Source of the DNA: Guillardia theta CCMP2712
Taxonomy: Eukaryota; Protista; Cryptophyta
DNA: 64,000 nucleotides
Assembly: GCF_000315625.1 (NCBI RefSeq)
Contig: NW_005434660.1
Location: forward strand, 804,738-868,737
Direction: 5' to 3'
A program made the translations under genes and the position numbers. The notes under the pieces were generated by a model. It was not told the origin of the DNA and did no database searches. It was given only the letters and a program-made list of their open reading frames with translations. This document shows positions 51,964 to 64,000 of the stretch, one piece after another (within the stretch, counting starts at the first letter, position 1; each line of letters begins with the position of its first letter).

Positions 51964-53900
51964 GAACCATGGCTGCCTCAAGACGGAGCAGAAGGAGAAT
52001 GCGGGGATCCTTGAGCGGACCTCCAAATGGCCTGCGCTGTGTGGGGCAGATGCGGTCAAGAGTCTTCCAAAGGTGAGATGAGGAGGAGGGAGGGGAGAGT
52101 AAGGGCACAGGGGGGAAGAGGAGGAGAAAGCAAAGAAGGAAGGTGTTGATCCAAGTGTTGATGAAATTGGGAAACGGGAGAAAGAGCAACAGGAACAGAT
52201 TGAGGTAGTGGGCACAACGAGGGTCAAATTGTCAGAGGAGGTGGAGGAGGAGGAGGAGGAGGAGGAGGAGGAGGAGGAGAAGTGGATTGAAAGTCTGGTG
52301 TGCGCGGCGATGATCGTTTGTCCAGGTCCAGCCAGTGAAGGGAGCAGGGACGAGCGAGAGCATCCTCTGGAGAGACGCGGAACGAACGTGAGAAGAGGAG
52401 GAGCATGAGAATGAGAGGAGGAGCAGAGGTGCAGGTGGAGGTGGAGGAGGTGGAGGAGGNNNNNNNNNNNNNNNNNNNNNNNNNNNNNNNNNNNNNNNNN
52501 NNNNNNNNNNNNNNNNNNNNNNNNNNNNNNNNNNNNNNNNNNNNNNNNNNNNNNNNNNNNNNNNNNNNNNNNNNNNNNNNNNNNNNNNNNNNNNNNNNNN
52601 NNNNNNNNNNNNNNNNNNNNNNNNNNNNNNNNNNNNNNNNNNNNNNNNNNNNNNNNNNNNNNNNNNNNNNNNNNNNNNNNNNNNNNNNNNNNNNNNNNNN
52701 NNNNNNNNNNNNNNNNNNNNNNNNNNNNNNNNNNNNNNNNNNNNNNNNNNNNNNNNNNNNNNNNNNNNNNNNNNNNNNNNNNNNNNNNNNNNNNNNNNNN
52801 NNNNNNNNNNNNNNNNNNNNNNNNNNNNNNNNNCCTCCCGCCTCTCCTTTCCTCCGCCCTCCTCCTCCTCCTGCCCTTGCTCCCCTCCCCTTCCTCCTCC
52901 TCCTCCTCCTCTCCCTCTGCACATCTCCCTTATTGCTCCTCCTCCTGCTCCACCCTCGGCTCCTCACCCTCCTGTCCCAGGCGTTCCTGCAGGAGGGGTA
53001 CATGTTCCTCTTCAAACTCTCCGTGTCCATCGTGGAGGCAATCAAGGCACAGATACTGGCAACGAAACAGAGCGAGGTCGGTGCTAGTCTCGTACGATGC
53101 GTCCTCTGACGTGACGTACAGGTCAACAAACTTTTCGAGCTCATGAGGCTCGACGAGAAGGTCTTTCCCGATGACAACATGGACTTCTTCAAGTCCATCC
53201 TGCAAGCTGCCAAGGTCCCATCATCCCCCTCCTCCCTATCCCACTTCTCAGCCTCTCGTCCTCTCATTTTCTCCCTCTTCTCTGCCTCTTTCCCCTGCCC
53301 CCTGTCCCTGTCCCTCACCCTTCCCCTCGCACTCCCCATCTCTCTTCCTCCTCTTCCCCCTCCCCACATATCTCCCTCTTCTTCCTCCTCCTCCACCGCC
53401 ACCACCGCTCACTCTTCCTTCCTACTTCCCTGCTCTAGATGTTCTTCTCTCTTCACCTCTTGACCTGTCACCCTCCCTGATTTTCTTCTCCAGGATTGCG
53501 ATCTCAAGTCCTCCGACATCGATGCCATGCGCGCAACACAGATGAAGATCCTCCAGGAGAAGCTGGAGAAGGTGAAAGACCTCCAACCTTCCTCCCCTCC
53601 TGCCTCTCCTCCCTCCCTCCTTCCACCTTTGCTCCCGCGCACACTTCCCTTCCTCGCTCCTTCCTGCCCCTCCCTCCCAACTTTCCCATCCCTCCCCTGC
53701 CACTTCTGAGCTGTCATCGAAGGTGCGAGAGAGAGAGAAAGAGCTCAAGGACGACAGCGACGATGAGATCGTGTTCTCAGACGAGGACGAGGACGAGGAG
53801 GTACCTTCACGTTCTCCTCCTCCCTTCTCCCTCTCCCCCGTGCTGAGCTAGCGCTCCACAGGACGAATCCGAGAGGCTCGCGCGGCTGGCAGCGCAGTGA
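51964..53900 (+). CDS. Probable TBC/Rab-GAP domain protein (core probably in or near the N gap); start uncertain
   Basis: AFLQEGYMFLFKLSVSIV resembles the TBC C-terminal F..EG...LF helix. An upstream exon R..KWPALCGA resembles the TBC R..xW..L.G motif. The acidic tail ends ARLAAQ* at 53900. Confidence 0.55.
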
Positions 53901-54145
53901 CAGTCCTGGCAGTCTCTCAAGCAGCTAAGGCCATGGAGGCCAAGCATGGAGGCGCCTGTAATGGCTCTTGTCCTTAAGTTCAATAGCAATGAAACCAACG
54001 ATCAGTCAGAACTCAGCAACTCTATCCTCTCCTATCAAATACTGTGACAACCATCCCTGATTGAATTCAAACCCGACGGGACCGCTCTCTCTCCCTCCTC
54101 TCCTCTCTCACCTCCTCCTTCCCCTATGAGATCTTCTCGCTCTCC

Positions 54146-56563
54146 TCACACCATCATCCGACGAGCCGTCGACTGCTGCGAGGCAAACGAGCTGCCGCCG
54201 TCCACAGACCTCGTAGACTTGTCCCTCTGCTGGGCCAGCAGCTGGTATGTTGTGCTGCACACGTTGTGAAGGTTTCGCTTCACGCAGTTCTCCACGTAGT
54301 CGTAGTTGAAGCCCATCTCCACCATCTGACGAGCTATCGCCTCATCCACCTCCAACTGCTGCAAACAACAGTTAGTCGAGCAGCAGCAGCAGAGGAGGAG
54401 GAGGAGGAGGAGGAGGAGGAGGAGGAGGAAGACGCGAAGATAGCAAGACTTACATCTTCGCTCGGAATCTCCGCAGAGTAATCCTCTGATCTCTCGCTGT
54501 CGATCACCTTGACTCGCACGTTGGCAGCCTCGTGCCTGGCGAAGGCTGTGCGGCACCAGCTGTGCTGCTTGATCTCCTGGATCTGCGCTCGCTTCATGGA
54601 GTCAACAGTAAGCATCCTGCGGATCAAGTCCTTGCAGTCTTGCGACATGAACGACGGGCAGTCAAACTTTCCCTTCACGATACGACGGCAGAGCTCCTGG
54701 TTGCTGCTCCCTTGGAAGGGAAAGTACCCGCAGACCATAGCGTACAGCACCACCCCGAGGCTCCAGATGTCAACGCTGGTGGGGTTGTAGGGCTTTCTCG
54801 CCACTATCTCTGGTGCAGCGTAAGAGGGAGATCCGCAGGCTTTCTTCAGCTTCTGTCCGGGCTTGAAGGAGACGCTGAAGCCGAAGTCAACGATCTTGAT
54901 GTTCTTGTTCTCGTCGATGAGGAGGTTGTCCAACTTCACGTCCCTGTGAACTATGCCCGAGTTGTGGCAGTGCTCTAGACCCTGCACGATCTGGACGAAC
55001 AGCCGGCATGACTCGGCCTCGGATAGCTTTCGATTCTCACGCACATACTTGCACAAGTCTCCTCCACTACTGAACTGCATGATGAGGTAGATCTTGAAAG
55101 GAACGTCCACCACCTCGTAGAGCTTGATGATGTTCGGGTGGGACAGTGCCTTGAGGATTCGTATCTCCCTCGCTACTCTGCTTCGTGCTTGGGGTTCCGT
55201 GAGCTTGCTCTTCTCGAATGTCTTCACTGCGACTCTCTCATTGGTCAGCAGATGAGTGGCCAGCCTAACTTTGCCGTACGCTCCTTCCCCGAGTGTCTTG
55301 CCAATGTTATAGAAATCAATAGACGAGAATGGCTGAGATGTCAACTATCAGGTGACCGCAATCGTCAGGCAGCAAGGCACACACCTGTTTCTGTGAGTCT
55401 TTGGATAATGTTGAAATAATTCGACGCAGCTCAATCATGTCAACTTTCTTGGTCTCAGCACTCTCTTTCTCCGACGCCGACGACTGCTTGCTCGAGGATT
55501 TCCCGTCGTTGTGGGCATCCGCATCCGAGGTCGCTTTGTTGGAATGCGGCAGCTTGTCCTGGTTGGCCTCCCTCTTCCCTCCCCCTGTGATGCCACAAGT
55601 CAACAAGACGTCAGAACAACTTCGAGGCTCCAAGTGCAAGACGCAGTTCAGCACCTGGATGCGATGGACCAGCGATCTCGACATCCCCTTTCTTTGTTTG
55701 CCCATCGTTTGCCGTTTGCGTCTTGGACACAGACAGCAGGCTGTCCACGCTGACCTTGTCCAAGTCGCCAACCCCTACGTTCGCCTCGACCTTCGCTGCA
55801 ATCGACGACGACCCTGTTGAGTGCTTGGCCTGTCCCCCGTACTAGCTCCACGTTAGTCAAGCTCTTAACAGTCAAGCAGCAGCACCTTGACAGGTTGAGA
55901 ATCTCGTTGAGAGAGAGGCCGCAACGTCCCACTCGAAGGCCTTCCATCCGCAGTAGACAGGCGAGAGTGAGGGGCTTTAGAAGCTCTGTTCCGATTGAAA
56001 GCAGTCGGGTAGAGCATGGCGTCAGATGGCGGACCTGGAAGACCAACAGGGTCAGCATGCATGGAACAAGACGCTTCTGCCCCTACCTGATCGCACGGCT
56101 TGAGAGCTCTCGTTCTCCTTTTGCTGCGGATTGTATGGAGCTTGTTTGATGGACAACTTTTCAGTTCTGTCCGTGATGGATTCCACGATTTCGTTGTCAC
56201 CTACGGATGGTCAGGACAGCACACAGACTCGGCATTTACATACCTTCTACAGTCTGCTGAGCTGATGTAGGAGCCAAACGGAAGTTCAGAGGTATTGTAA
56301 CTTTCTTGGCATGCTGGCGCTTCCACCTTAACGGTGAAGCTTCAGTTTTCTCCCATGTCAGACTTTTCCTCTCAAGCTTACCTTGCGACTCTTGCATCCT
56401 CCATGGCATGCAAGCGGGCAAAGTCTGGAACTCGACGGGCAGCAAACTGAAACTGATCGTCAGCACTTTGAGGCTTTAGTCAGAGCTGCCATTTCCAGAC
56501 CTTAGACCGCGGATCATCGCGATTCAACTTGTCGCCTCTTCCTGATGCAACAGCGACCGACAT
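54146..56563 (-). CDS. AMPK/SNF1-related (MARK-like) Ser/Thr kinase with a UBA domain and a long N-terminal extension
   Basis: Kinase motifs GKTLGEGAYGKV, VAVK, HRDVKLDN, DFG, CGSPSYAAPE and DIWSLGVVLYAMVCGYFPF; UBA EAIARQMVEMGF..NLHNVCSTTYQLL. Upstream exons can be joined back to ATG 56563. Confidence 0.92.
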
Positions 56564-57471
56564 CTTTGCTTTTTCGCCACCCGGTTCAGGGTTGTGACAT
56601 CAACAATGGAGAGCTGTATGGGAATGTGGCGCGAGGAGCTAACAGCCCATGGACAAACTGAGGGCAGTCCGTTCAGTTTAACTGACAAAGCGTTTCAGTT
56701 GGGTGCGAAAACATGGCGTCCATGAGACTTGTCGTCGGGACTCTCCTCGTCCTCCTCTTCCCTTCGCTCAGCATCTCTCCCACCTCATCGATCGCTGTAT
56801 CCTCAACATGCGCACCCCCATCGCCTCTCTCAATCCCGATCGCCACAGCAAGGTCGATACTAGGCGCTCTCGGACACCTCATACCTTCTTCCGTTCACCT
56901 CTACACGTCTCCTTTCTCCTTGCCTGCATATCTGAAGTTTCGATCCATACAGCTGTCTTCGCCTCACTCCTCCTCCCTCCCTTCCCCTCTCCTCCCTCGT
57001 TTTCCTCATCTCTGTGCCGCTATGCAGGGATTTCAAACTCGGAATCCCGTCCCACACCGGTCATACACCTAAGAATTTACATACCGGTTTAATATACCAT
57101 AAAATTGTTGAAACAGATAGGGTTGGGTATATCACCCTACCTATTCATTCTTTTTGGCCGAACGGTCAACATCCAATAAAAATTGCATGTATCTGTGAGT
57201 CCGCCTCAGCGAAAGGCTATGATAATGATGTTGGGTGGCGATGCAGATGGGACCTCAAGCCCCATCATGCTTGTTTCAGGAAACAGCACAATGCAGAATC
57301 AACCAAGAACATCTATCTACATGCCATGTACTGCAATGCGAGAAATGCCGACGTGAGAAATGCCGACGTTGTTTTCATGCAATATGTGCGGGAAGTCCAG
57401 ATAAACCCAATACATGCGAGCAAGAGCCCTCTTGCTCGCAACTTGGATTCCAGATAAACAGGTCAAGGGGA

Positions 57472-57566
57472 AGATGTCAGATGTCAGATGTCAGATGTCA
57501 GATGTCAGATGTCAGATGTCAGATGTCAGATGTCAGATGCCAGATGTCAGATGCCAGATGTCAGAT
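57472..57566. repeat. (AGATGTC)n heptamer array, ~13 copies, intergenic
   Basis: Directly visible. Confidence 0.95.
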
Positions 57567-57659
57567 TGATCAGCAGAGGCTTTGAGTAGATTGCCAAGAG
57601 TCGAGGAAAGGGACAGGAAGCTAACAAGTGTTGGGATCAGCAAGTGAATTGGTTTTCGC

Positions 57660-58586
57660 TCTCAGGAGCAATCGTTTGGAAGAAAGAGTAAGATCGTGTG
57701 GAGATTGAAAGCAACCTTGATAGTGGATGATGAAGGATCCAAGAGGAAGGAAATAGAGACGGATCGCTGGGAACAAAACTACGAGAAGACGTTGTCCATG
57801 ATGTAGAAGACACCATCCATGGGGACGGGCCCTTCTTCGTAGATGTTGAGATTGTGGACAAAATTAATGCACGGTCCATTGCTGACATGCCTGCTGATTG
57901 CAATGACATAATCATTATCGTATGGGATAATGAGTTAACATATCACACATCCATCCCTGTTCTGGGCGTACTTGTACTTGACGACTCTCCAGGTCACATA
58001 CACGTCCTCTTCCTCAAGGGCATATAACTTCAAGCAAAGATGGAATGGTATTAAACTGGTATTTGTATTGTATATCAGGCTATTTTTCAATCCATGCGCA
58101 CGCTTTAGCAAGTTTAGTGAAAACTATACTGTGATAGATCCTGGCCTTGGTACAGACATCATAGTAGCCAAATAAAGGGTAAAGTTTCATCTTCCAAACA
58201 CACTCAATGCATGTGTGCCCGGTCCCTTTACCTCCTTCTCTTCGATTAGCCTTGCAATCTCCTTGAGTTCTCTTGCATACAGCACTGTCATTATCTTTCC
58301 ATCCTCCCCTCTATCAGCTCGTTGTACAAAGTCTTGTAAAAGCTCAGGCGTTCCGAGAGGTCGGCAGGCAGCGAGGAAGCCTCGGACCCGCCGCGAAGCC
58401 GGACCAAGGGTAGGGGGCGCGACCTGCATAAGGGTGTCACTGGTCTTGATATCCCAGTACGACTTGGCATGGACCACAAGACGACCTCGCTGATGCTACT
58501 GGCCAGGGGGAGCAGGCGGCGGCGCAGGCGGCGCTGCAGGCGGCGGCGAAGATGGCGGCGAGGCTAGTGGATCGATCCATGCCCAT
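57660..58586 (-). pseudogene. Probable decayed gene with a signal-peptide-like leader and an RLRGG motif
   Basis: MGMDRSTSLAAIFAA /frameshift in cgccgcctg duplications/ LLPLASSISEVVLW..PLVRLRGGSEASSLPADLSERLSFYK.., then protein-like frames broken by stops. Confidence 0.35.
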
Positions 58587-58805
58587 GAGCTGTTAGTAGA
58601 ATCGGAGGATCAGCGAAGGATCCTATTCTACTCAAATATTCGTAGGTAGGAAGTCCTTCGCCAAGATTTATAAAGAACTTTCGGGAATGAACAGTACATG
58701 GGATGTAGACATGATATAAACGAAGACATGGACTCGAAGACTTCAACAATTCCACGGTTCTCCCGCAACGGGATTCATAGCAGTCTCTTCAAAGTGGTCA
58801 GAACG

Positions 58806-59608
58806 TCAACGAATCTCTTTCAGACCAGCGCATGCCCATTTGCGATTGAGATCCACGGAGTACACCTTCCCTTCTCCCCCTTTCCAGTTCGAACCTCGAC
58901 GCATTTGCAAGGACACAGCCGAGCCAACAGGGCCTATCAGAAACTGCCCAAGGTCCTTGGTCTTCATGCCAATTACCTGCAAACACAATCAGGAACCAGA
59001 CTGCGAAACAGGTTTCAAGAGCGTCTCTACAAGAATAAATGCATTATGAAAAATGCTCGATCATGCTGACAAAGAGATGCGGCCCTTACATCCTTGCCGT
59101 CGATGCGGACCAGGACGTCGCCCTCCTGGATCTGCTTGCTGGTATCTGCCGGTCCCCCGACGCTCAGGGCCTTGACATAGACATTGTAGTTGTTGTAGGT
59201 CGGATTGGAGCAATCTTCGAGGATCAATCCCACACCACACTCTCCAGCGCTGAAACAGACACGCTCAGCTTTGCCAGCTCATGAACGATCATACATGTCA
59301 TTTGTACGAACCTTGTGTCCGGGAGGTCGGGAGGACGGGAGGACACACAACAAGTGATAGCAGCTCCAGAGACCCCCAGCCAGTCTCGTACTGCAGGAGG
59401 GATGACACTGAGGAGGTTTCCAAGAGCTCCGTCCTGCACTTCATCCTGGCGTGGCTCCTCCTCCTTCCCCGCTGTCGTTGGTGTCGGCGCACCCCTACCG
59501 CGATGCTTGGAGATCCCAGCGCTCTGCATCACGAGCTCCTCGTATTCTCTGTGCACAGCAAGATGAAACACTTGGCGCCGTTCACCTTACGCAGTTTGGC
59601 AGTCTCAT
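58806..59608 (-). CDS. Small single-PDZ-domain protein, multi-exon; start uncertain
   Basis: ECGVGLILED..VYVKALSVGGPADTSKQIQEGDVLVRIDGKD|VIGMKTKDLGQFLIGPVGSAVSLQMRR is a canonical PDZ pattern. Confidence 0.85.
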
Positions 59609-60891
59609 ATTTCGCTAGTTTCCTGGAGGGTACCGTAGAAGTCAGCAGGCAGTGCCAACGTTCCAACACCCGTCAGTTACAGATCGGCAGTAATGGTTGC
59701 AATCAAGATATTCAATCATCTATGGCCCTTGAAGAAAAACCATGCATTTCCCGTGGTGCAGGGAAACAATCAATGAGCATCATGATTTACAATGTTGTCG
59801 GTTCGTTTCAAAGAACAATCCAATCAACCTTCCATTCCAAACCAGAAGAACATGCGTTTGGAATGCTTCACAGCAACCCAACATCGATTGCATTCACAAG
59901 CATCATTGCACCATCAACTCCTTCTCTCCTTCTCTCCTTCTCCTCACCTTCCCCTCACCTTCCAAGGGCCCTGCCATGCACTGTGTGACCAATCACCTAT
60001 CTCGCTCACCCCTGCGTTTACTAGCAGATATGTACCCCTGGTATGATAAATTTAAACTCTAACTTGAATTTGATCAGCTTTAATTTGAAATTTAAATTTA
60101 TAACTCTAAATCGCTTCAACTCTGGAAACTGCGTTTCCGGGAGTCCGGGCCGGCCTCAGTTGTGGTCCGGGCTCAACTTATCGCCGGAGTCGGACCGTAC
60201 CGGTGACCTGCGTGCTGTCCGAGTCGGAGTGCCGCAGTGCGCCAACGGTGGCCGCTGAGCGGCCGGGCGAAGTTCAAGTTTGGATCGGATCCGATCAGAC
60301 GGTGCCGCTGTCCGATCCCCAAACTTGGCTTGAAACTTTTTACTGATACCTCAACCTCTCCGAGCCTCGGACTGAGGCTGAGGTGACTGCCCGGCCACCG
60401 TCGGACGGGCCGCCGCGACTCCCGTCCCCGGAGCCTCAGAGTCCCGGTCGGGGGCCTCGGAACTTCGGAAGCCGGCCTCGATCCCAACGGTTTGCCGCTC
60501 CGATCTCCGTTAGCTTACTGATTTTTTTCTGCATCAACAGTGCGCCGCCGCCCCGCGTCGTTAATATCCTATACCCGGCCTCTGTGGAGTGTTCTATGGA
60601 AATCGCCAAGAAACCTGATGGATTAGTTACTCGGAGCCGGGCCGGGCTGATGAGTCCAACGGACGTACGACAGGGGGCAGCTCAACTCAGAAGTGATGAG
60701 GCCCCGGGGGTAGGGTCCGACGGACCTGACATGGCCCAGTACGGTAGTACCGGGTACCGGAGTTGTACTCACGGTACTGCAGTCATGATGGTAGAGGGGG
60801 TGGTACCATATAGAACGGTTCGACGGTCACCGGGTCCCGGTCGGTTCGGGGGGCCAGGTGGGGTGGTACTACGGCTTGGAAAGAAGCCGCC

Positions 60892-62866
60892 ATGTCGGGG
60901 GAACGTTGGGTTAGGGCAACATGGCGGAAGGAAGAATGGCAGCTGGGGGAGGACGGGATCGTGACCCTGCCCGAAGGTCTTGATGAGGTGAGCAAACAGC
61001 TGCGAAGCTGATCTTCGTAGATTCGTGATGCACAATCGAAAGCTCCTCTGAATCCAGGAGGAAGAGAGGGAAAGGGCCTGAGAGTCCGTTTGTGCATGCG
61101 AGAGCAATGCCCGATGCCCCGATGTTGTTCCATAGCGAATCTGTGCAGTCTTGATGATGCCATGGGTGGATATGGTGTGAGAGTAACTCGATCATCTATG
61201 ATCTGTCCTTCTAGATCTGGAGGCAGCGTTGTTGGGCTAGCTCAATCCTCCCGACGTTTCTGCCATCAAAGATGTTGCACAAGGTTTGTGTCTGACTGCA
61301 GTCACGTGCTCATATCATCTGACTCTCCTCGGGTCTGCATCAGGATGAGCGGACGAATGTCGAGATTTGGGGAGCGCTGGACACGTCGGGGAATGATTGC
61401 TCTTGCATTGTCCGGTATGAAAACAGGGACGCCATGTTCAGTCGCTTCGAGCAGCATGTCGACTTCCTTCTCAAGTTCGATTCTGTAAACCCCTCCCTCT
61501 ATGTCTTGCCATCGCCCTGAAGCCTTGCTCCTCTTGCTAGGCCTTCGTTGTGAGGTTTGCGACTGCGTTTGCTACGGAGAGTGCAGTCTGCATGGTGCTG
61601 CAGCCGGTGGAGATTGTGAAGGATCAACGAGCCATGTCCTGATGTCCAGCTCAGGTGCCAGGAGGGAACTTCGAGAGCCTCGTGCAGATGAAGAACTGCG
61701 GTCCTCTTCCCGAAGCCTTTTTGTCGGTACGACCTCTTCTCCCAGCTCGGTCGTCGCCGGTGACGCAGGAGATGAAGATCATGATTCGGAACCTCCTCTT
61801 TGCGCTGCAGGATCTCAGCAGGAGGATGTCGCTACCTCAGGTCCCAACACTTATGATCGCTGTCTCTTCTCACCTGCTCCTTCCATAGGAAATCTCTCCG
61901 CAGACCGTGTGGCTGGGGTCGGACTCGGTGACTGCTGGTCCTGAAATGTTGCTGACTAGCTCACGTCCTGCTTCAGCTGAAGCTGGGAATATGCGACATC
62001 TTTGTGAAGCTCTCGAGTCCAGCTGAGCGTGACGAGTACCTGCAAGCTCTGCTGCTCTCCCTTCCCAGCCTGGTGACTGCCGGTGGCTGGAGGAATGGGC
62101 TGCAAGGCTGATGAGAGGCAGATGATTTCGCTGAGCGGGACCCCTCCTGAGAGGAGGAACGAGGACGGCAAGGAGGATGTCGGCGATGACGTCTGTCCTT
62201 GCTCCTTGCTGACTGCTTCATGTTAGCTATGGGCACCGGGTGGATTCGTTCCTGATAGGAAGTACGCGGATGTAGCAGCAGCTCTGTGGCCCTTACGGTT
62301 CGGGCAGGAGAAGGATAATTGGTATTCCTTTCTGACCCTTGCAAGCGCTCCTGGTTGAGATGAGGGCAGGAAAATGAATTACTTCATGAAAGCTTGTACG
62401 GACCCTTCGATCACCATGTCTGAGCTGCTGGAGCTGGAGTTCATAACCTTCTATGAGAACCTGCCGTACGAGCTGCTCTACTCGTGGTACAAGATCCAAG
62501 GAGAGTACGAGAGATTCAAGTAGTGTTTGACATGCCCCGTCAGTTGAAGACCTGAAGTCGTGACGTGCAGGTTTGCTCGAAATTTCCATCAGTCGGAGGG
62601 AGGCAATAAGGCGGCAATATCCAACTGGAATCGCTCTCGGCGGAAGAGTCAAGTGCCCAGCTCTGCGGACGCTCCTCAAAGCCCAGAGGTCTGAACGATT
62701 CTGCATTCAATGACGACGATGAAGGAGATGATGATGATGGTGATAGTGATGGTGGTGGTGATGATGATGATGAGGTGGTGATGGTGGTGGTGATGATGAT
62801 AATGGTGATGTTGATGGCGATGATGACGACGACAAGGACGATGGAGATGGAGATGACGACGATGAC

Positions 62867-62897
<31 letters not shown>

Positions 62898-64000
62898 GAG
62901 ATGGAGATGACGATGACGATGGAGATGATGACGACGATGGAGATGGAGATGGAGATGGATATAATGATGATGATGATGAAGAAGAAGAAGAAGAAGAAGA
63001 AGAAGGACGAGGATTGACAAGAGGTGCGTCGGCAGAGAATAGAAGAGAAGCGATATACCTTCCAGAACGCTCAGAGGTACAAGATGAACAGACAGTGGCT
63101 GGTGAGGGAGATGGAGCTGCTAAATCTCATCTCAACGCCCAACCCCGAGAAAGAGAGCGACCTGGTACGTTGCCATCATGTAGACATGCAGCTGGAGGCA
63201 GTGACCTTGTGCTCTAGATCAAGAGGATCTTCAGGTCGCATGAGAACAGCAGCGGGATGCTGTCAGGAAGGGGTCTGCGGACAGTGTTCCTGGAGCTCAA
63301 ACTCGACCACCTTGTGGATTCGATCTCATGGAGGGTCAGAGCGGCGGCATTCTTCTTCCCGTGACTTGTCGCAGGACGTTCGTTACATCAGCATGGACGA
63401 CTTCCTCCAGCTGTGGGAGAATCTCAAGCTCATGGACATTATCCGTGACCTGCAGATGTACTCGTGTCCCCTTCCCGCCTGCCTCCCCCTCCTTGTCTGC
63501 CACTTCCTCCCTCCCTCCCTCCCTCCCTCCCCCTCCCTCCCTCCCTCCCTCCCTCCCCTCATCCTTCTGGTGATTTCCTGTGCAGTCAACGGCAGTCGTC
63601 ACGAGGCCACGAGCACAGCCTACAGCCCTTCCTCTTCTCCTCCCCCAACGGCAGAGGAGACGCAGACGCCAAGACCTCAGGTGACCCTCCACCACGAGCC
63701 CAGCAGCAGCTGACGGGGAGGTGGTAGAGACGATCAAGAAGATCCTCAAGATCTGCATTGAGCACTGGAAGAAGACGCTGGCAGCGCTGAGAGCGCGGCA
63801 AACCCTGAGGGAATTCCTGAGGGTTTCCATATGGGGAAAAGTCGGCAAGGTGGGAGAAGAGCGATGTGCTGTTGGCTGACGGCTGGCAGGCCTTCATCGA
63901 GAGGAACTTCGAGGACTGGCACGTGCACGTCATGACGAGGAGGCTGGGGGAGAAGAGAGACGAGCTTCGAGCCATATTTGCTCGCAACCATGTCAAGCAA
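60892..64000 (+). CDS. Divergent MAP2K/STE-like pseudokinase followed by EF-hand-like helices; continues beyond the window
   Basis: Starts at gccgccATG (60892). Short exons splice to ..EIWGALDTSGNDCSCIVRY..FLLKFDS|AFVVRFATAF..VCMVLQP|VPGGNFESLV..GPLPEAFLS|..IRNLLFALQDL..LPQ|EISPQTVWL|LKLGICD..SGTPPER..KED|LWAPG..FMKACTDPSITMSELLELEFI, then IKRIFRSHENSSGMLS and ISMDDFLQLW. Confidence 0.65.

Noticed and set aside
57472-57566. (AGATGTC)n as an interstitial telomere
   Set aside because: It lacks the G-rich strand of telomeric repeats; treated as a simple minisatellite.
60911-62706. Minus-strand ORFs suggesting a gene on the - strand
   Set aside because: Splice signals and kinase-like motifs fit a + strand gene instead.

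Overview
Eukaryotic nuclear DNA. It is gene-dense with GT-AG introns, many of which are filled with microsatellites, and it has four N gaps. The style of the sequence suggests a cryptophyte such as Guillardia theta (inference only). Recognisable genes: 3' end of a DDM1/Lsh-like SNF2 helicase, a GID8-like CTLH-CRA protein, BBS7, a ~4.1 kb armadillo-repeat gene, an ATRX-like helicase with B-box+PHD, a C2H2+Kelch protein, a Myb/SANT-like protein, an IAH1-type GDSL esterase, a Rubisco-LSMT-type SET protein, a DnaJ protein, a probable TBC protein, a MARK/AMPK-family kinase, a PDZ protein and a MAP2K-like pseudokinase. There are also several small orphan genes and degenerate ORF relics. The main candidate novelty is the armadillo gene: about 20 near-identical 132-bp units whose variation concentrates at the helix-3 ligand-binding positions and recurs in shuffled combinations, behind a putative NLS. 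Other candidates: six tandem H3K36-like SGVKK motifs on the Myb-like protein, leaders ending in the ubiquitin tail LRGG, and roughly 10-kb-spaced CCGG-rich intergenic islands with GGGGTA/TACCCC clusters nearby. All exon structures and family calls were made by eye without database searches.
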